Shown piece by piece: positions 42,772-52,076 of a stretch of 64,000 bases of DNA. The stretch spans positions 1-64,000 of the forward strand of contig WHSL01000003.1 of the NCBI GenBank assembly GCA_009380095.1, written 5' to 3'. Position 1 is the stretch's first letter. Each line of letters starts with the position of its first letter. The notes under the pieces were generated by a model, which was not told the DNA's origin, searched no databases, and saw nothing but the letters and a program-made list of their open reading frames with translations. This DNA comes from Streptosporangiales bacterium (lineage in GTDB: Bacteria; Actinomycetota; Actinomycetes; Streptosporangiales; Streptosporangiaceae). The translations under genes were made by a program, and so were the position numbers.

Positions 42772-45462
42772 TCAGGGGCGTCTGCAGCGGTCGCCGGGGC
42801 CGTCGTCCTGGGTGTCCTCCTGGGTGAGGCGGCCGCAGTACTCGACCAGGCGTAGTTGCCGGTCGCGGGCGACCGTGACCAGCAGCACCGCCTTGTCCAC
42901 CGTGGCGTGCCCGCCGTCCGGGCCGGCGGCGAACGCGATGTAACCGCTCACGCCGAACGCGTCGGTCAGCCGGCTCAGCGGATAGAGCAGCGCGCCGCCG
43001 CGCGGCAGGGTGCGGTTCTGCTGCCGGTACGTGGTCATGGCCGCCGCCGTCATCGCCGCCAGCGCGTCATGCCCCAGCGCCGCGTGCGTACGGGACGGCT
43101 GCATGCGGGTCTCCAGCTTGGCCAGTCCGGTCTCCTCCAGCAGCTCCCGGTACTCGAAGTCGTCCAGCGGGCCCTGCGGCGGCAGCGCGAGCGGCGTGTA
43201 GAAGAACCGGATGTCGCCCGCGGCCAGCCGCTCCCGGTTGTCGTTCACGTACTTCGTGACGTCGTCCCCGGCCAGCAGCGTGAACGTGGTCTTCCTGCAG
43301 GTGGAGCCGTCGAGGGCGCGGAAGAACGAGAGGAACTCGTCCGAGCGGCCCGCGTAGTAGATCACGTCGGGCGTACGGTCCCCGGTCGGCGTGCACCGGG
43401 AGTTCAGCTGCTCACGGAAGTCCGAGGTGTCCAGGTACGCCTGCTGAGTCACGGTCGTCCCCGGACGCTCGTCGAAGGACTCCGAGAACCGTTCGCCGAG
43501 GTCCCGGCTGTACAGGTCGTCGGTGCGCCCGTCGGAGAAGACGAGCGCGCTCCGGGCGGGCGGCGCCGCGGCCTCACCGGGCCGCGCGAGCCGCCCCTCG
43601 TACGCCCACCGCGCCGCGTGCCCGGCCAGCCGGGAGTTGCCCGGCGCCAGCCGGAAGAAGTACGGCGACAGCCGCCCCGGATCCGTCTCCGACAGCCGCT
43701 CGAATGTGGACACCGTGCCGACCATCGGCAACCCGGCCGCACCCATCGAACGGATCGCGGCGCGCACGTTGCCGGTGCTCTGGCCGAAGCCGACCACGCC
43801 CACGATGGACGGGTCCTGGTGGGCCATCCGGATCACTTGACCGGTCACCCGCACCGCGTACCGGCTGCGGCTGCCCGGGCTGGCCAGCAGCAGCTTGACC
43901 TTGGGCAGGTCAGCGCTGTCGTTGTGGCCGCGCTGCTGCGCCGCCACCCCCGCCAACTCCCCGTGCACGCCGGCCAGCAGGTCCGGCTGGCTGATGCCGC
44001 CGGACGGGGTCATCGGGCCGAAGTACACCACCGTGATCGCGGGGCGGCGGGAGGCCTCCACCCGCTCGTTCTCGTCCTTGATGGCCTGGGTGACCGACTC
44101 GAGCCGCTCATGGAAGGCGAACGCGCCGTCGGTGACCCCGACGCACTCGCCCTCGGGACTGCGCCATACGTCCCGCGCGTGGCAGTAGCGGAGCTGCTCC
44201 GAGGCGACGAACGCGCCGGAGCCGAGCACCACGGCCAGCGACACCGCCCACGGCAGCGCGGGGTGCGCGAGCCGGGGGCGACGGGGCGGCGCGGGCAGGT
44301 CGCCGGTGGCCGCCTCCGCCTCGGCCTGGTCCGGGGTGAGCGTCACCACCACGTCGCGCCGCGCGCCGAACCGCTCCGCCGTACGGCCCGCGTGGGACCA
44401 GCCGTCGAGCAGGCCGGTCGCGGTCTCCAGGTCGGTGGCCGGGTCCTCGGGCGGGAAGAGCGGCAGCCGGGGCGGGGCCTCGGCGCCCACCACGACGACG
44501 AGCAGCGGATCGATCACGCGGGTCACCCGGCGCACCTCGTCGATCCGGCGGACCAGCAGGTAGCCGGGGTCGTCCGGCCCGTCCACGGCGACCACCAGCA
44601 GCGGGTGGATCACCCGGGCCCAGGGCGCGCGCCGATACCAGCGCCGCCGGTACGCGCGCCGCAGGTCCTCCAGGAACGCGTGCACCAGCAGCCGCTCGAC
44701 GTCGTCGGCGTGGTCCTCCTCCTCGCTGCGGCGGACGAACAGGGCGGCGATGTCCAGGAAGCGGCGCCGGTCGCCCTCGGCGGTCGCCACGAAACGCTGC
44801 CGGGTGAACCACCGGAACCGCCAGCGCCCCGCCCAGTCCCGGCTGGCGGCGAGCAGCTGCACGAGCGTCAGGGCGACGCCGAGGCCGGCGATGAGCAGCG
44901 CCCAGGTGAGGTCCACTACCTGCGCCACCGTGGCGCTGACCAGGGCGAGCAGGGTCACCGCGGGCGGCACGATGACCTCGCCGTAGGTGAGCCAGCCCGC
45001 CACCCGGGCGGGCTCGCTGGGCCCGCGCTCGTCGCCGGTCTTGGTGCCGGGGATCACCTCTGACTTCTGCCACAGCCGGCGGCGCAGCGTCCGCTCGTCC
45101 TGTGGGCCGATCTCCAGCAGCCGGAGCAGCAGGCTGATCAGCGGGAAGCGGATGGGCGGCTCGCCGCGGGCGTGGTGCAGCGAGATCTCCCGGCTGGCCT
45201 CGCGGAGCAGCTCCGCCGTGGCGGCGACCTCGGGGCGCACGTGCTCGCCGTACGGGTTGCGCGCCACCCGGTCGCGTGACTGCAGGTGCGCGTACGGGCT
45301 GCGCCGCGCGCTCTCGGCGAGACCGGCCGCCAGCATGGCCGCGCCGTCGGCGCGTTCCGTGGAGAAGCCCGCCTCGATGCCCGCCAGCACCACAGGAGGT
45401 GCCACACCCGCCGCCTGCGGGCGGTGCCGCATCCTGCGCAGGGCGTCACCAAGCATGCCCAT
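42772..45462 (-). CDS. Large (896 aa) membrane protein: about 480-aa N-terminal region with TM helices and an internal repeat, fused to a C-terminal type-I periplasmic-binding-protein (LivK/amide-receptor-like) domain
   Basis: C-terminal half shows PBP type-I-like patterns (VKLLLASPGSRSRYAVRVTGQVIRMAH; GVVGFGQSTGNVRAAIRSMGAAGLPMV); N-terminal half has hydrophobic helices and repeated HPLLVV(A/V)VDG...IDEVRRVTRVIDPLLVVVVG; the antisense 735-aa ORF is Arg/Gly junk. Confidence 0.6.
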   Translation of the reverse strand: MGMLGDALRRMRHRPQAAGVAPPVVLAGIEAGFSTERADGAAMLAAGLAESARRSPYAHLQSRDRVARNPYGEHVRPEVAATAELLREASREISLHHARGEPPIRFPLISLLLRLLEIGPQDERTLRRRLWQKSEVIPGTKTGDERGPSEPARVAGWLTYGEVIVPPAVTLLALVSATVAQVVDLTWALLIAGLGVALTLVQLLAASRDWAGRWRFRWFTRQRFVATAEGDRRRFLDIAALFVRRSEEEDHADDVERLLVHAFLEDLRRAYRRRWYRRAPWARVIHPLLVVAVDGPDDPGYLLVRRIDEVRRVTRVIDPLLVVVVGAEAPPRLPLFPPEDPATDLETATGLLDGWSHAGRTAERFGARRDVVVTLTPDQAEAEAATGDLPAPPRRPRLAHPALPWAVSLAVVLGSGAFVASEQLRYCHARDVWRSPEGECVGVTDGAFAFHERLESVTQAIKDENERVEASRRPAITVVYFGPMTPSGGISQPDLLAGVHGELAGVAAQQRGHNDSADLPKVKLLLASPGSRSRYAVRVTGQVIRMAHQDPSIVGVVGFGQSTGNVRAAIRSMGAAGLPMVGTVSTFERLSETDPGRLSPYFFRLAPGNSRLAGHAARWAYEGRLARPGEAAAPPARSALVFSDGRTDDLYSRDLGERFSESFDERPGTTVTQQAYLDTSDFREQLNSRCTPTGDRTPDVIYYAGRSDEFLSFFRALDGSTCRKTTFTLLAGDDVTKYVNDNRERLAAGDIRFFYTPLALPPQGPLDDFEYRELLEETGLAKLETRMQPSRTHAALGHDALAAMTAAAMTTYRQQNRTLPRGGALLYPLSRLTDAFGVSGYIAFAAGPDGGHATVDKAVLLVTVARDRQLRLVEYCGRLTQEDTQDDGPGDRCRRP

Positions 45463-45696
45463 GGATCACACCTCGCTCTCGCGGTCGTATCGATCGCCGC
45501 CCGTGCCAGTCACGCCGCGAGACGGGCACACACATCCTCCGATAGATCAGGATCGGGGGCGATGGCTCCTCGTGGGGAGGATTCGGCGAGGATTGTCCGC
45601 TATCGGCTCCGCGGCCGGGCCGCGGGTCCGGGCCGGGGCGGGATTGTGGCCCATCGACTCCCCGAGGACGCCGGGCATCAGTACCCTCGTTGGCCG

Positions 45697-46107
45697 ATGA
45701 GCGCGACCGCGTCCCGCCCCCGCCGCAACGCCACCACGCTGCTGGCGTCGGTGGTGCTCGTCGCGCTGGCCGTGCTCGCGTACGACTCCGGCCGTGACGC
45801 GTTCGGCGCGTACCGGTCCGGCCGGCTGGAGGGGCCGCGCGGCGCGTACGTCGTACGGCACTGCGACCCGTCCGGCTGCACCGGCGACTTCACGCCGGAT
45901 CGCGGCGCCCCGGTGAGCGGGGTCCCGCTGGACGCGGGCGGCAACTTCCGGCAGGGCGAGAAGGGCCGGGTCGTGCTCGCCGACGGGCGGGCCGTGCCGT
46001 TGCGCCCCTGGGGCTACCAGGCCGCGGTCGGAACCGGCGCGACCCTTGCCGTGGCCGCGCTCGCGATCTTCCTGCTGCGCGGGCGCCGGGCCGAAGAGAG
46101 AACATGA
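45697..46107 (+). CDS. Hypothetical membrane-anchored protein (N- and C-terminal TM segments)
   Basis: MSATASRPRRNATTLLASVVLVALAVLAY...ATLAVAALAIFLL; the ORF-track version is overextended; no homology assignable. Confidence 0.35.
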   Translation: MSATASRPRRNATTLLASVVLVALAVLAYDSGRDAFGAYRSGRLEGPRGAYVVRHCDPSGCTGDFTPDRGAPVSGVPLDAGGNFRQGEKGRVVLADGRAVPLRPWGYQAAVGTGATLAVAALAIFLLRGRRAEERT

Positions 46108-46122
46108 CAGCGCGAAAGGTGA

Positions 46123-47292
<1,170 letters not shown>

Positions 47293-47315
47293 CGGGTACG
47301 TACCGTCATGTGAAG

Positions 47316-47362
47316 CGTCCGAGGAGCAGCCCCGGGCGCTTCACGCTTTTCGCACAAGATCG
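47316..47362 (+). terminator. Probable rho-independent terminator of serC
   Basis: 8-bp stem GTGAAGCG / CGCTTCAC with a 19-nt loop, followed by GCTTTTCG; starts 24 nt after the serC stop. Confidence 0.4.
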
Positions 47363-47656
47363 CCGCTAGCCTCCGGAGGCGGACCACATCGAAGGGAACG
47401 GCTTCTACGGCTACGACGTCGTCGAGGGCGAGGAGCCGGAGACGGACCCGCGGCAGGTCGCCTCCAGCATCGGGACGGTGCGGGACCAACTGGTCCGGTT
47501 GTGTGACAACGCGCGGGACGGCCGTGCGGCGCTGAGCGGCCTGTTCGCGGTGCCCGCGTCGGTCCTCGGCGCCGCCGCGGTGGTCCGCTTCCCCCGCGAG
47601 ATCCGCATCACCCGGACCGTCCCGGCGGGGGCCCCGCCCCGCGCCGGCGACGACGC

Positions 47657-48544
47657 CTAGCTCCCGTCCTCGGGGACGAGGACGATCTGGAACCCGGCCT
47701 CGGTCCAGGTGTCGGGGACCTCGCGGCCGTCGGGGGTCGGCTCGCCGGCCTTGTGCCGTACGAAGTCCTTGATCAGGGACTCCTTGACGCCGAAGACCGC
47801 GTCCTTGGTGAGGTACCCGTCGCCCTCCACGAAGATGTGCGTGATCAGCTTCCGGTACCCGGGCGCGGACACCATGAAGTGCAGGTGGGCGGGGCGCATC
47901 GGCAGCCGGCCGGACGCCTCCAGCAGGCCTCCGATCGGCCCGTCCGTCGGGATGGGGTACGCGCCGGGTGTCACGGCCCAGAACCGGTACGCGCCGCCCT
48001 CGTCCGCGAACAGGCACGCCCGCCCCGCCGTACGGCCGTCGGTGTACTGCACGTCGTACAGCCCGCTCTCGTCGGCCTGCCAGATCTCCAGCCGGGCGCC
48101 CGGGATGGGCTGCCCGGCGGTGTCGGTCACCGTGCCGTGCACCCAGGCGGGCTCGCCCGGAGCGCTCTGCGCGGTGTCCCCGCCGAGCGGGACCTCGGGG
48201 GCGTCGTCCAGGAAGAACGGCCCGAGCACGGTCGCCTCGGTGGCACCGTCGCGCGGCGGGTTGTTCACCCCCACGGTCTGCATGGAGATGCCGAGCACGT
48301 CGGAGATCAGGATGAACTCCGAGCGTTCCTCGGTGCTGATCTCACCGGCGCGGTGCAGGAAACCGATCGCGGCCTCCCACTCGGCCTCGGTGAGCCGGGT
48401 CTCGCGGACGAAGGCGTGCGCGTGCCGGACGAGGGCCTGCATCAGCTCGCGCAGACGGGGCGGAGCCTGCTCGAAGCTGTCGACCACTCGTTCGGTGACC
48501 ATCTGCTCACGCCGGGCCTGATCTGCGCTCACGCGGGGAGCCAT
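47657..48544 (-). CDS. Intradiol ring-cleavage dioxygenase (catechol/hydroxyquinol 1,2-dioxygenase family)
   Basis: Fe(III) ligand context (…YRFWAVTPGAYPIP…, RPAHLHFMV) and N-terminal dimerisation helix region. Confidence 0.8.
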   Translation of the reverse strand: MAPRVSADQARREQMVTERVVDSFEQAPPRLRELMQALVRHAHAFVRETRLTEAEWEAAIGFLHRAGEISTEERSEFILISDVLGISMQTVGVNNPPRDGATEATVLGPFFLDDAPEVPLGGDTAQSAPGEPAWVHGTVTDTAGQPIPGARLEIWQADESGLYDVQYTDGRTAGRACLFADEGGAYRFWAVTPGAYPIPTDGPIGGLLEASGRLPMRPAHLHFMVSAPGYRKLITHIFVEGDGYLTKDAVFGVKESLIKDFVRHKAGEPTPDGREVPDTWTEAGFQIVLVPEDGS

Positions 48545-48556
48545 GAGCCTCCACTC

Positions 48557-49594
48557 CTAATGGTGACGGCGGGCGACGGCGATGATCGCGACGATGACGA
48601 CCGCGATGAACGCCACTATCCCGAGTATCACCGGACCGAGCGGAAATCCGGAGCCTTCTGCGGCAGATCCTGTCTCTCGCGTCGCGCCGGGTGTCGATGG
48701 TGTGGGGCTCGGCAGCGCCTTCGGCGGTAGCGGGATCCGCAGCACCGGGCTGTCCGCGCCCTCGGAGCCGACCAGCAGCGACCTGCCGTCCCGCGCGTAC
48801 GCGATCGACTCACCCTGCTGCTGGTCCGGCAGGCCGAACTCGGTGATCCGCTTGGCGGGCGGCCGGTAGACGATCGCGGAGTAGTACGTACGGAGCACGA
48901 ACGTGCTGCCGTCGGGCGCGTACGCGCCGTCGGTGATCCAGATGGGAACATTGGCGATGCGCTTCAGCACGTTCGTCCGGGAGGTACGCAGCCGACGCGG
49001 TGCCGCGTAAAGGCCGCCGGCGAACTCCTTGCTGACGACGTACAGCCGGTTCGTCCTGGGGTTGATGAGCAGCGCCTCGGCGTTGCGCGGGCCGTCGGCG
49101 TACTTGAACCGGTAGCGGGTGGCGCGCAGCGTCTGGTCGCGCAGCTCGCGCGGCTCGGGCACCCGATAGACGTACACGGTCGGCCAGGCGCCCTCCAGGT
49201 TGTCGCCGATGTCGCCGATGAACAGCGCCGGGTTCCCGTCGCCGTCCTTGCCCAGGGCGATGCCCTCCCAGTCGCGGGCCTCCGCGCCGGCGATCGTGTA
49301 CGTGGCCTTGGTCTCGCCGTCCCGGCCGACCGCGAACACCCGGGGGGCGCCGAGGCTGTCGTTGTGGGTGTAGACGATGCCGGGGTGGATGCGGCTGACC
49401 GCCAGGCCGCTCGACTCGGTGATCTCCGGGTCCTCGATCCGGAACGCGGTCCGGCCGTCGTCGGCTTCCGGCGTCGGCGTCGGCGTCGGCGTCGGCGCGG
49501 CCTGCGCGGGTGGGATCGCCGCGGCGAGCAGCGCGGATGCCAGCAGGCCCGCCGGCCACAGGCCGCGGGCCCAACGGACCCACCGCCGCGCCAT
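48557..49594 (-). CDS. Cell-surface protein: signal peptide, PT-rich linker, beta-propeller-like domain, C-terminal TM anchor
   Basis: MARRWVRWARGLWPAGLLASALLAAAIPPAQA signal; PTPTPTPTP linker; ESSGLAV...HNDS blade-like repeats; C-terminal VILGIVAFIAVVIVAIIAVARRHH. Confidence 0.6.
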   Translation of the reverse strand: MARRWVRWARGLWPAGLLASALLAAAIPPAQAAPTPTPTPTPEADDGRTAFRIEDPEITESSGLAVSRIHPGIVYTHNDSLGAPRVFAVGRDGETKATYTIAGAEARDWEGIALGKDGDGNPALFIGDIGDNLEGAWPTVYVYRVPEPRELRDQTLRATRYRFKYADGPRNAEALLINPRTNRLYVVSKEFAGGLYAAPRRLRTSRTNVLKRIANVPIWITDGAYAPDGSTFVLRTYYSAIVYRPPAKRITEFGLPDQQQGESIAYARDGRSLLVGSEGADSPVLRIPLPPKALPSPTPSTPGATRETGSAAEGSGFPLGPVILGIVAFIAVVIVAIIAVARRHH

Positions 49595-49750
49595 GCGTCG
49601 ATCCTGCCAAACGGCACGTACCGGAATCGGTACGAGGGACCGGATGCGGCGTGTCGCGATCGGGCCACTCCGCGCCGTACCCGGCTCTGGATGACCTTCC
49701 CCCGGCGGCCTACGGTTGGATCACGACTCGCCGTAGAAGGGACCGATCCC

Positions 49751-50668
49751 ATGGAGCAGCCGAAGCGGATCGTGGCCTGTCTGAACGGCGACCGGGCCCC
49801 CGGGGCGCATCCGGCGCTGCCCACCACGCCCGAGGCGCTGGCGGAGGAGACCCGTGCGGTGCTCGCGGCGGGGGCCACGGAGGTGCACGTGCATCCGCGC
49901 GACATCGCCGGGGCGCAGACGCTGGACCAGGACGTGGTGGCCGAGACGCTGCGGGCCGTACGGTCCGCGGTGCCGCAGGTCCCGGTGAGCGTCACCACCT
50001 CGCTGTCCGCCGAGCCGGACCCGATGCGCCGGTTCGACCTGGTCGGCCGCTGGTTCGAGCTGCCCGACCTGGTGACGGTGAACCTGCACGAGCCGGGCGC
50101 GGTGGAGTTGGTCCGGCTGCTCGCGGACCGGGGTGTGGCGGTCGAGGCGGGGGTGTGGACCCCGGCGGCCGCCCGGGTGCTCATCGCGGGCGGGCTGGCG
50201 GAGCTGTGCCGGTACGTGCTGATCGAGCCGATGGATCAGAGCGCGGAGCAGGCGATGGCCACGTACCGGGGGATCAGCGACGTGCTCGACGAGGAGGACG
50301 TGGAGGCGGACCGGCTGCTGCACGGCGAGGGTGCCCCGGTCTGGCCGGTCTTCGACGCCGCGCTGGCCGAGGGGCTGGACGTACGGATCGGGCTTGAGGA
50401 CACCCTGGAGGGCCCGGACGGCGAGCCCGTCTCCGGCAACGCCGAGCTCGTACGCCTCGCGGTCGCCCGCATCAAGACCGCGGCGACGCCCACGCCACCC
50501 CCGCCGCCCGCCGAGGACGACCCCGGCGAGACCACCGCCGACACGGGGCCGGGCGAGACCGCCGCTGACCCCGGGCCCGGCGAGACCGCCGCGGAGACGG
50601 GGCCGGGCGAGGACGATCGCGCGGAGGGCTGGGCCGCCGAGGGCCGGCCGGCCGACGAGGGCCCCTAG
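49751..50668 (+). CDS. BKACE family (3-keto-5-aminohexanoate cleavage enzyme-like, DUF849) protein with C-terminal 9-aa x3 tandem repeat tail
   Basis: IVACLNG and VHVHPRD motifs; C-terminal GETTADTGP/GETAADPGP/GETAAETGP encoded by 27-bp tandem repeats; the ORF-track version is overextended. Confidence 0.75.
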   Translation: MEQPKRIVACLNGDRAPGAHPALPTTPEALAEETRAVLAAGATEVHVHPRDIAGAQTLDQDVVAETLRAVRSAVPQVPVSVTTSLSAEPDPMRRFDLVGRWFELPDLVTVNLHEPGAVELVRLLADRGVAVEAGVWTPAAARVLIAGGLAELCRYVLIEPMDQSAEQAMATYRGISDVLDEEDVEADRLLHGEGAPVWPVFDAALAEGLDVRIGLEDTLEGPDGEPVSGNAELVRLAVARIKTAATPTPPPPPAEDDPGETTADTGPGETAADPGPGETAAETGPGEDDRAEGWAAEGRPADEGP

Positions 50669-50880
50669 GTCAGCAGGCTGCCGACGACGACCGCCAGCAC
50701 CAGGAAGGTGAGCACGGCCGGCAGGATCCAGCGACGGGGGCGTTTCACGGAGTCGAGGGTATCCGTGGGCCGGCGCCCGTGAGACAGCCGCCGCCCGCCC
50801 GCGATCGGCGCCCGGCCGGCGCGCCGCCGGCAGCGCGGGCCGGCGGCGGTGCCGGTGCTCGGCGAGGGCTTCAGGGCTCG

Positions 50881-51410
50881 ACGGCGAGCTCGTCCAGCCA
50901 GGCCCCGTACAGCTCCTGGTAACGCGGCGTGCCGACATCGCAGGAGTCGCGCAGCCACAGCTCCGCGTACTCCGCCGGGTCCTGCACGTCGCGCTGCACG
51001 ATCCAGGCGTCGCAGCCGGTACCGGCCGCCCACCCGGTCCCGCCAGTCCTCCCCCTCCACGTGCAGCCAGTTGGCCAGCAGATGGCACCAGCCGCCAGGG
51101 TTGAGGTGCCGCGGCGCGGCGGCGACGAGCTCCCGGCCGACGGCGTCCCCGGGCAGGCCCGACTCGCGGTAGCCGAACCGGCCGCCGCCGGGGGAGATCA
51201 CGAACGGCGGGTTGGACACGATCAGGTCGAAGCCGCGGCCCTCGACGGGCTCGTACAACGACCCGGTACGGGTCTCCGGCGCGGGCACGCCGGACAGCGC
51301 GGCGCTCAGCCGGGCGAGCTCGAGCGCACGCGGGTTGACGTCGGTGGCGCAGACCTCGACGCCCCGCCCGGCGAGGTGCAGGGCCTGGGGCTGATCGCCA
51401 GTGAGCGCGA
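50881..51410 (-). pseudogene. SAM-dependent methyltransferase (methyltransferase-small/N6-adenine or N5-glutamine type, NPPF motif) lacking its 5' part and motif I, and carrying a frameshift near 51030-51045
   Basis: High-GC3 reverse frame encodes VEVCATDVNPRALELARLSAALSGV...DLIVSNPPFV...NPGGW; after WRDRV the frame shifts: the +1 frame reads a convincing C-terminus (DAWIVQRDVQDPAEYAELWLRDSCDVGTPRYQELYGAWLDELAVEP*) while the nominal frame becomes Arg-rich junk; no GxGxG motif I upstream. Confidence 0.5.
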
Positions 51411-51681
51411 GGGCGGCAAGAAGGCGTTCACGCTCACCGAGGCCGGTACGGCCGAGGCGCAGCGCATCGCCGAGGGCACTCCGCCGTGGGAGGAGGTCAC
51501 CGGCCGGCTGCCGCGCGGCTTCGGGGAGTCCCGAGCGGTCGGTGCCCAGATCGCCATGGCGGCCGCGCAGATCGCGCAGCTCGGCACCGAGGAGCAGCGG
51601 GAACAGGCGCTGGCGGTCCTCAAGGACACCCGCCGCCGCCTCTACCGCATCCTCGCCGAGGAGGACGAGGCCGCCGACTAG
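51391..51681 (+). pseudogene. 3' fragment of a PadR-family transcriptional regulator gene (wing and C-terminal helix only)
   Basis: GLIASEREGGKKAFTLTEAGTAEAQRIAEG...LYRILAEEDEAAD matches the PadR wing/C-terminal region; GC3 about 94%; no HTH-coding sequence upstream (the upstream part of this frame is antisense to the methyltransferase). Confidence 0.45.
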
Positions 51682-51896
51682 GCGGGCGGTCGCGCTCGGC
51701 GCTCTTCGTCCTCGGCGCGCTTGCGCTGCAGACGGGGGACATACCAGATCCCGAAGGCGCCGAGCGCGGTACCGGCTCCGCAGACCCACAGCCATCGCGG
51801 GTCCGGCACCCGGTCTCCGAGCAGCAACAGCACCACGAGCGCGATCGCCCAGCAGACGGCGCCGAGGGCCGCGGGAACGCGGTCGTCGGTCCGCAT
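51678..51896 (-). CDS. Small two-TM membrane protein (about 72 aa)
   Basis: MRTDDRVPAALGAVCWAIALVVLLLLG...WLWVCGAGTALGAFGIWYV; GC3 about 88%; its stop overlaps the PadR-fragment stop at a CTAG. Confidence 0.4.
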   Translation of the reverse strand: MRTDDRVPAALGAVCWAIALVVLLLLGDRVPDPRWLWVCGAGTALGAFGIWYVPRLQRKRAEDEERRARPPA

Positions 51897-52076
51897 CGGC
51901 TCCGGATCGGGCCGTCGAGGTGGTGGGCGCACGCGCTAAGGCTATCGGCGAAACCGCGCGATCCCCGCAGGTACCGTACGCGTTCGCGTTCCGTACGGCG
52001 CCGGTGAGGCTTCCGCGATCACACCGTGACACCCCGGTCCTTTTGTCCGTCACCCCGGGCATGGGACCCTCGCGGG

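Noticed and set aside
42856-45063. 735-aa plus-strand ORF overlapping the 896-aa gene
   Set aside because: It is Arg/Gly-rich low-complexity translation, antisense to a frame with clear domain structure (PBP-like) and better coding character.
47478-47660. 60-aa GTG-initiated ORF between serC and the dioxygenase
   Set aside because: There is no ATG or RBS, no homology and it overlaps the dioxygenase stop. It is probably a chance ORF, although GC3 is fairly high.
51930-52076. Purine riboswitch upstream of the NCS2 purine permease
   Set aside because: I looked for the conserved purine-riboswitch core (UAUA...GUUUCUACC...ACCGUAAAU) and did not find it. Only a simple CCGTACG...CGTACGG hairpin is present.
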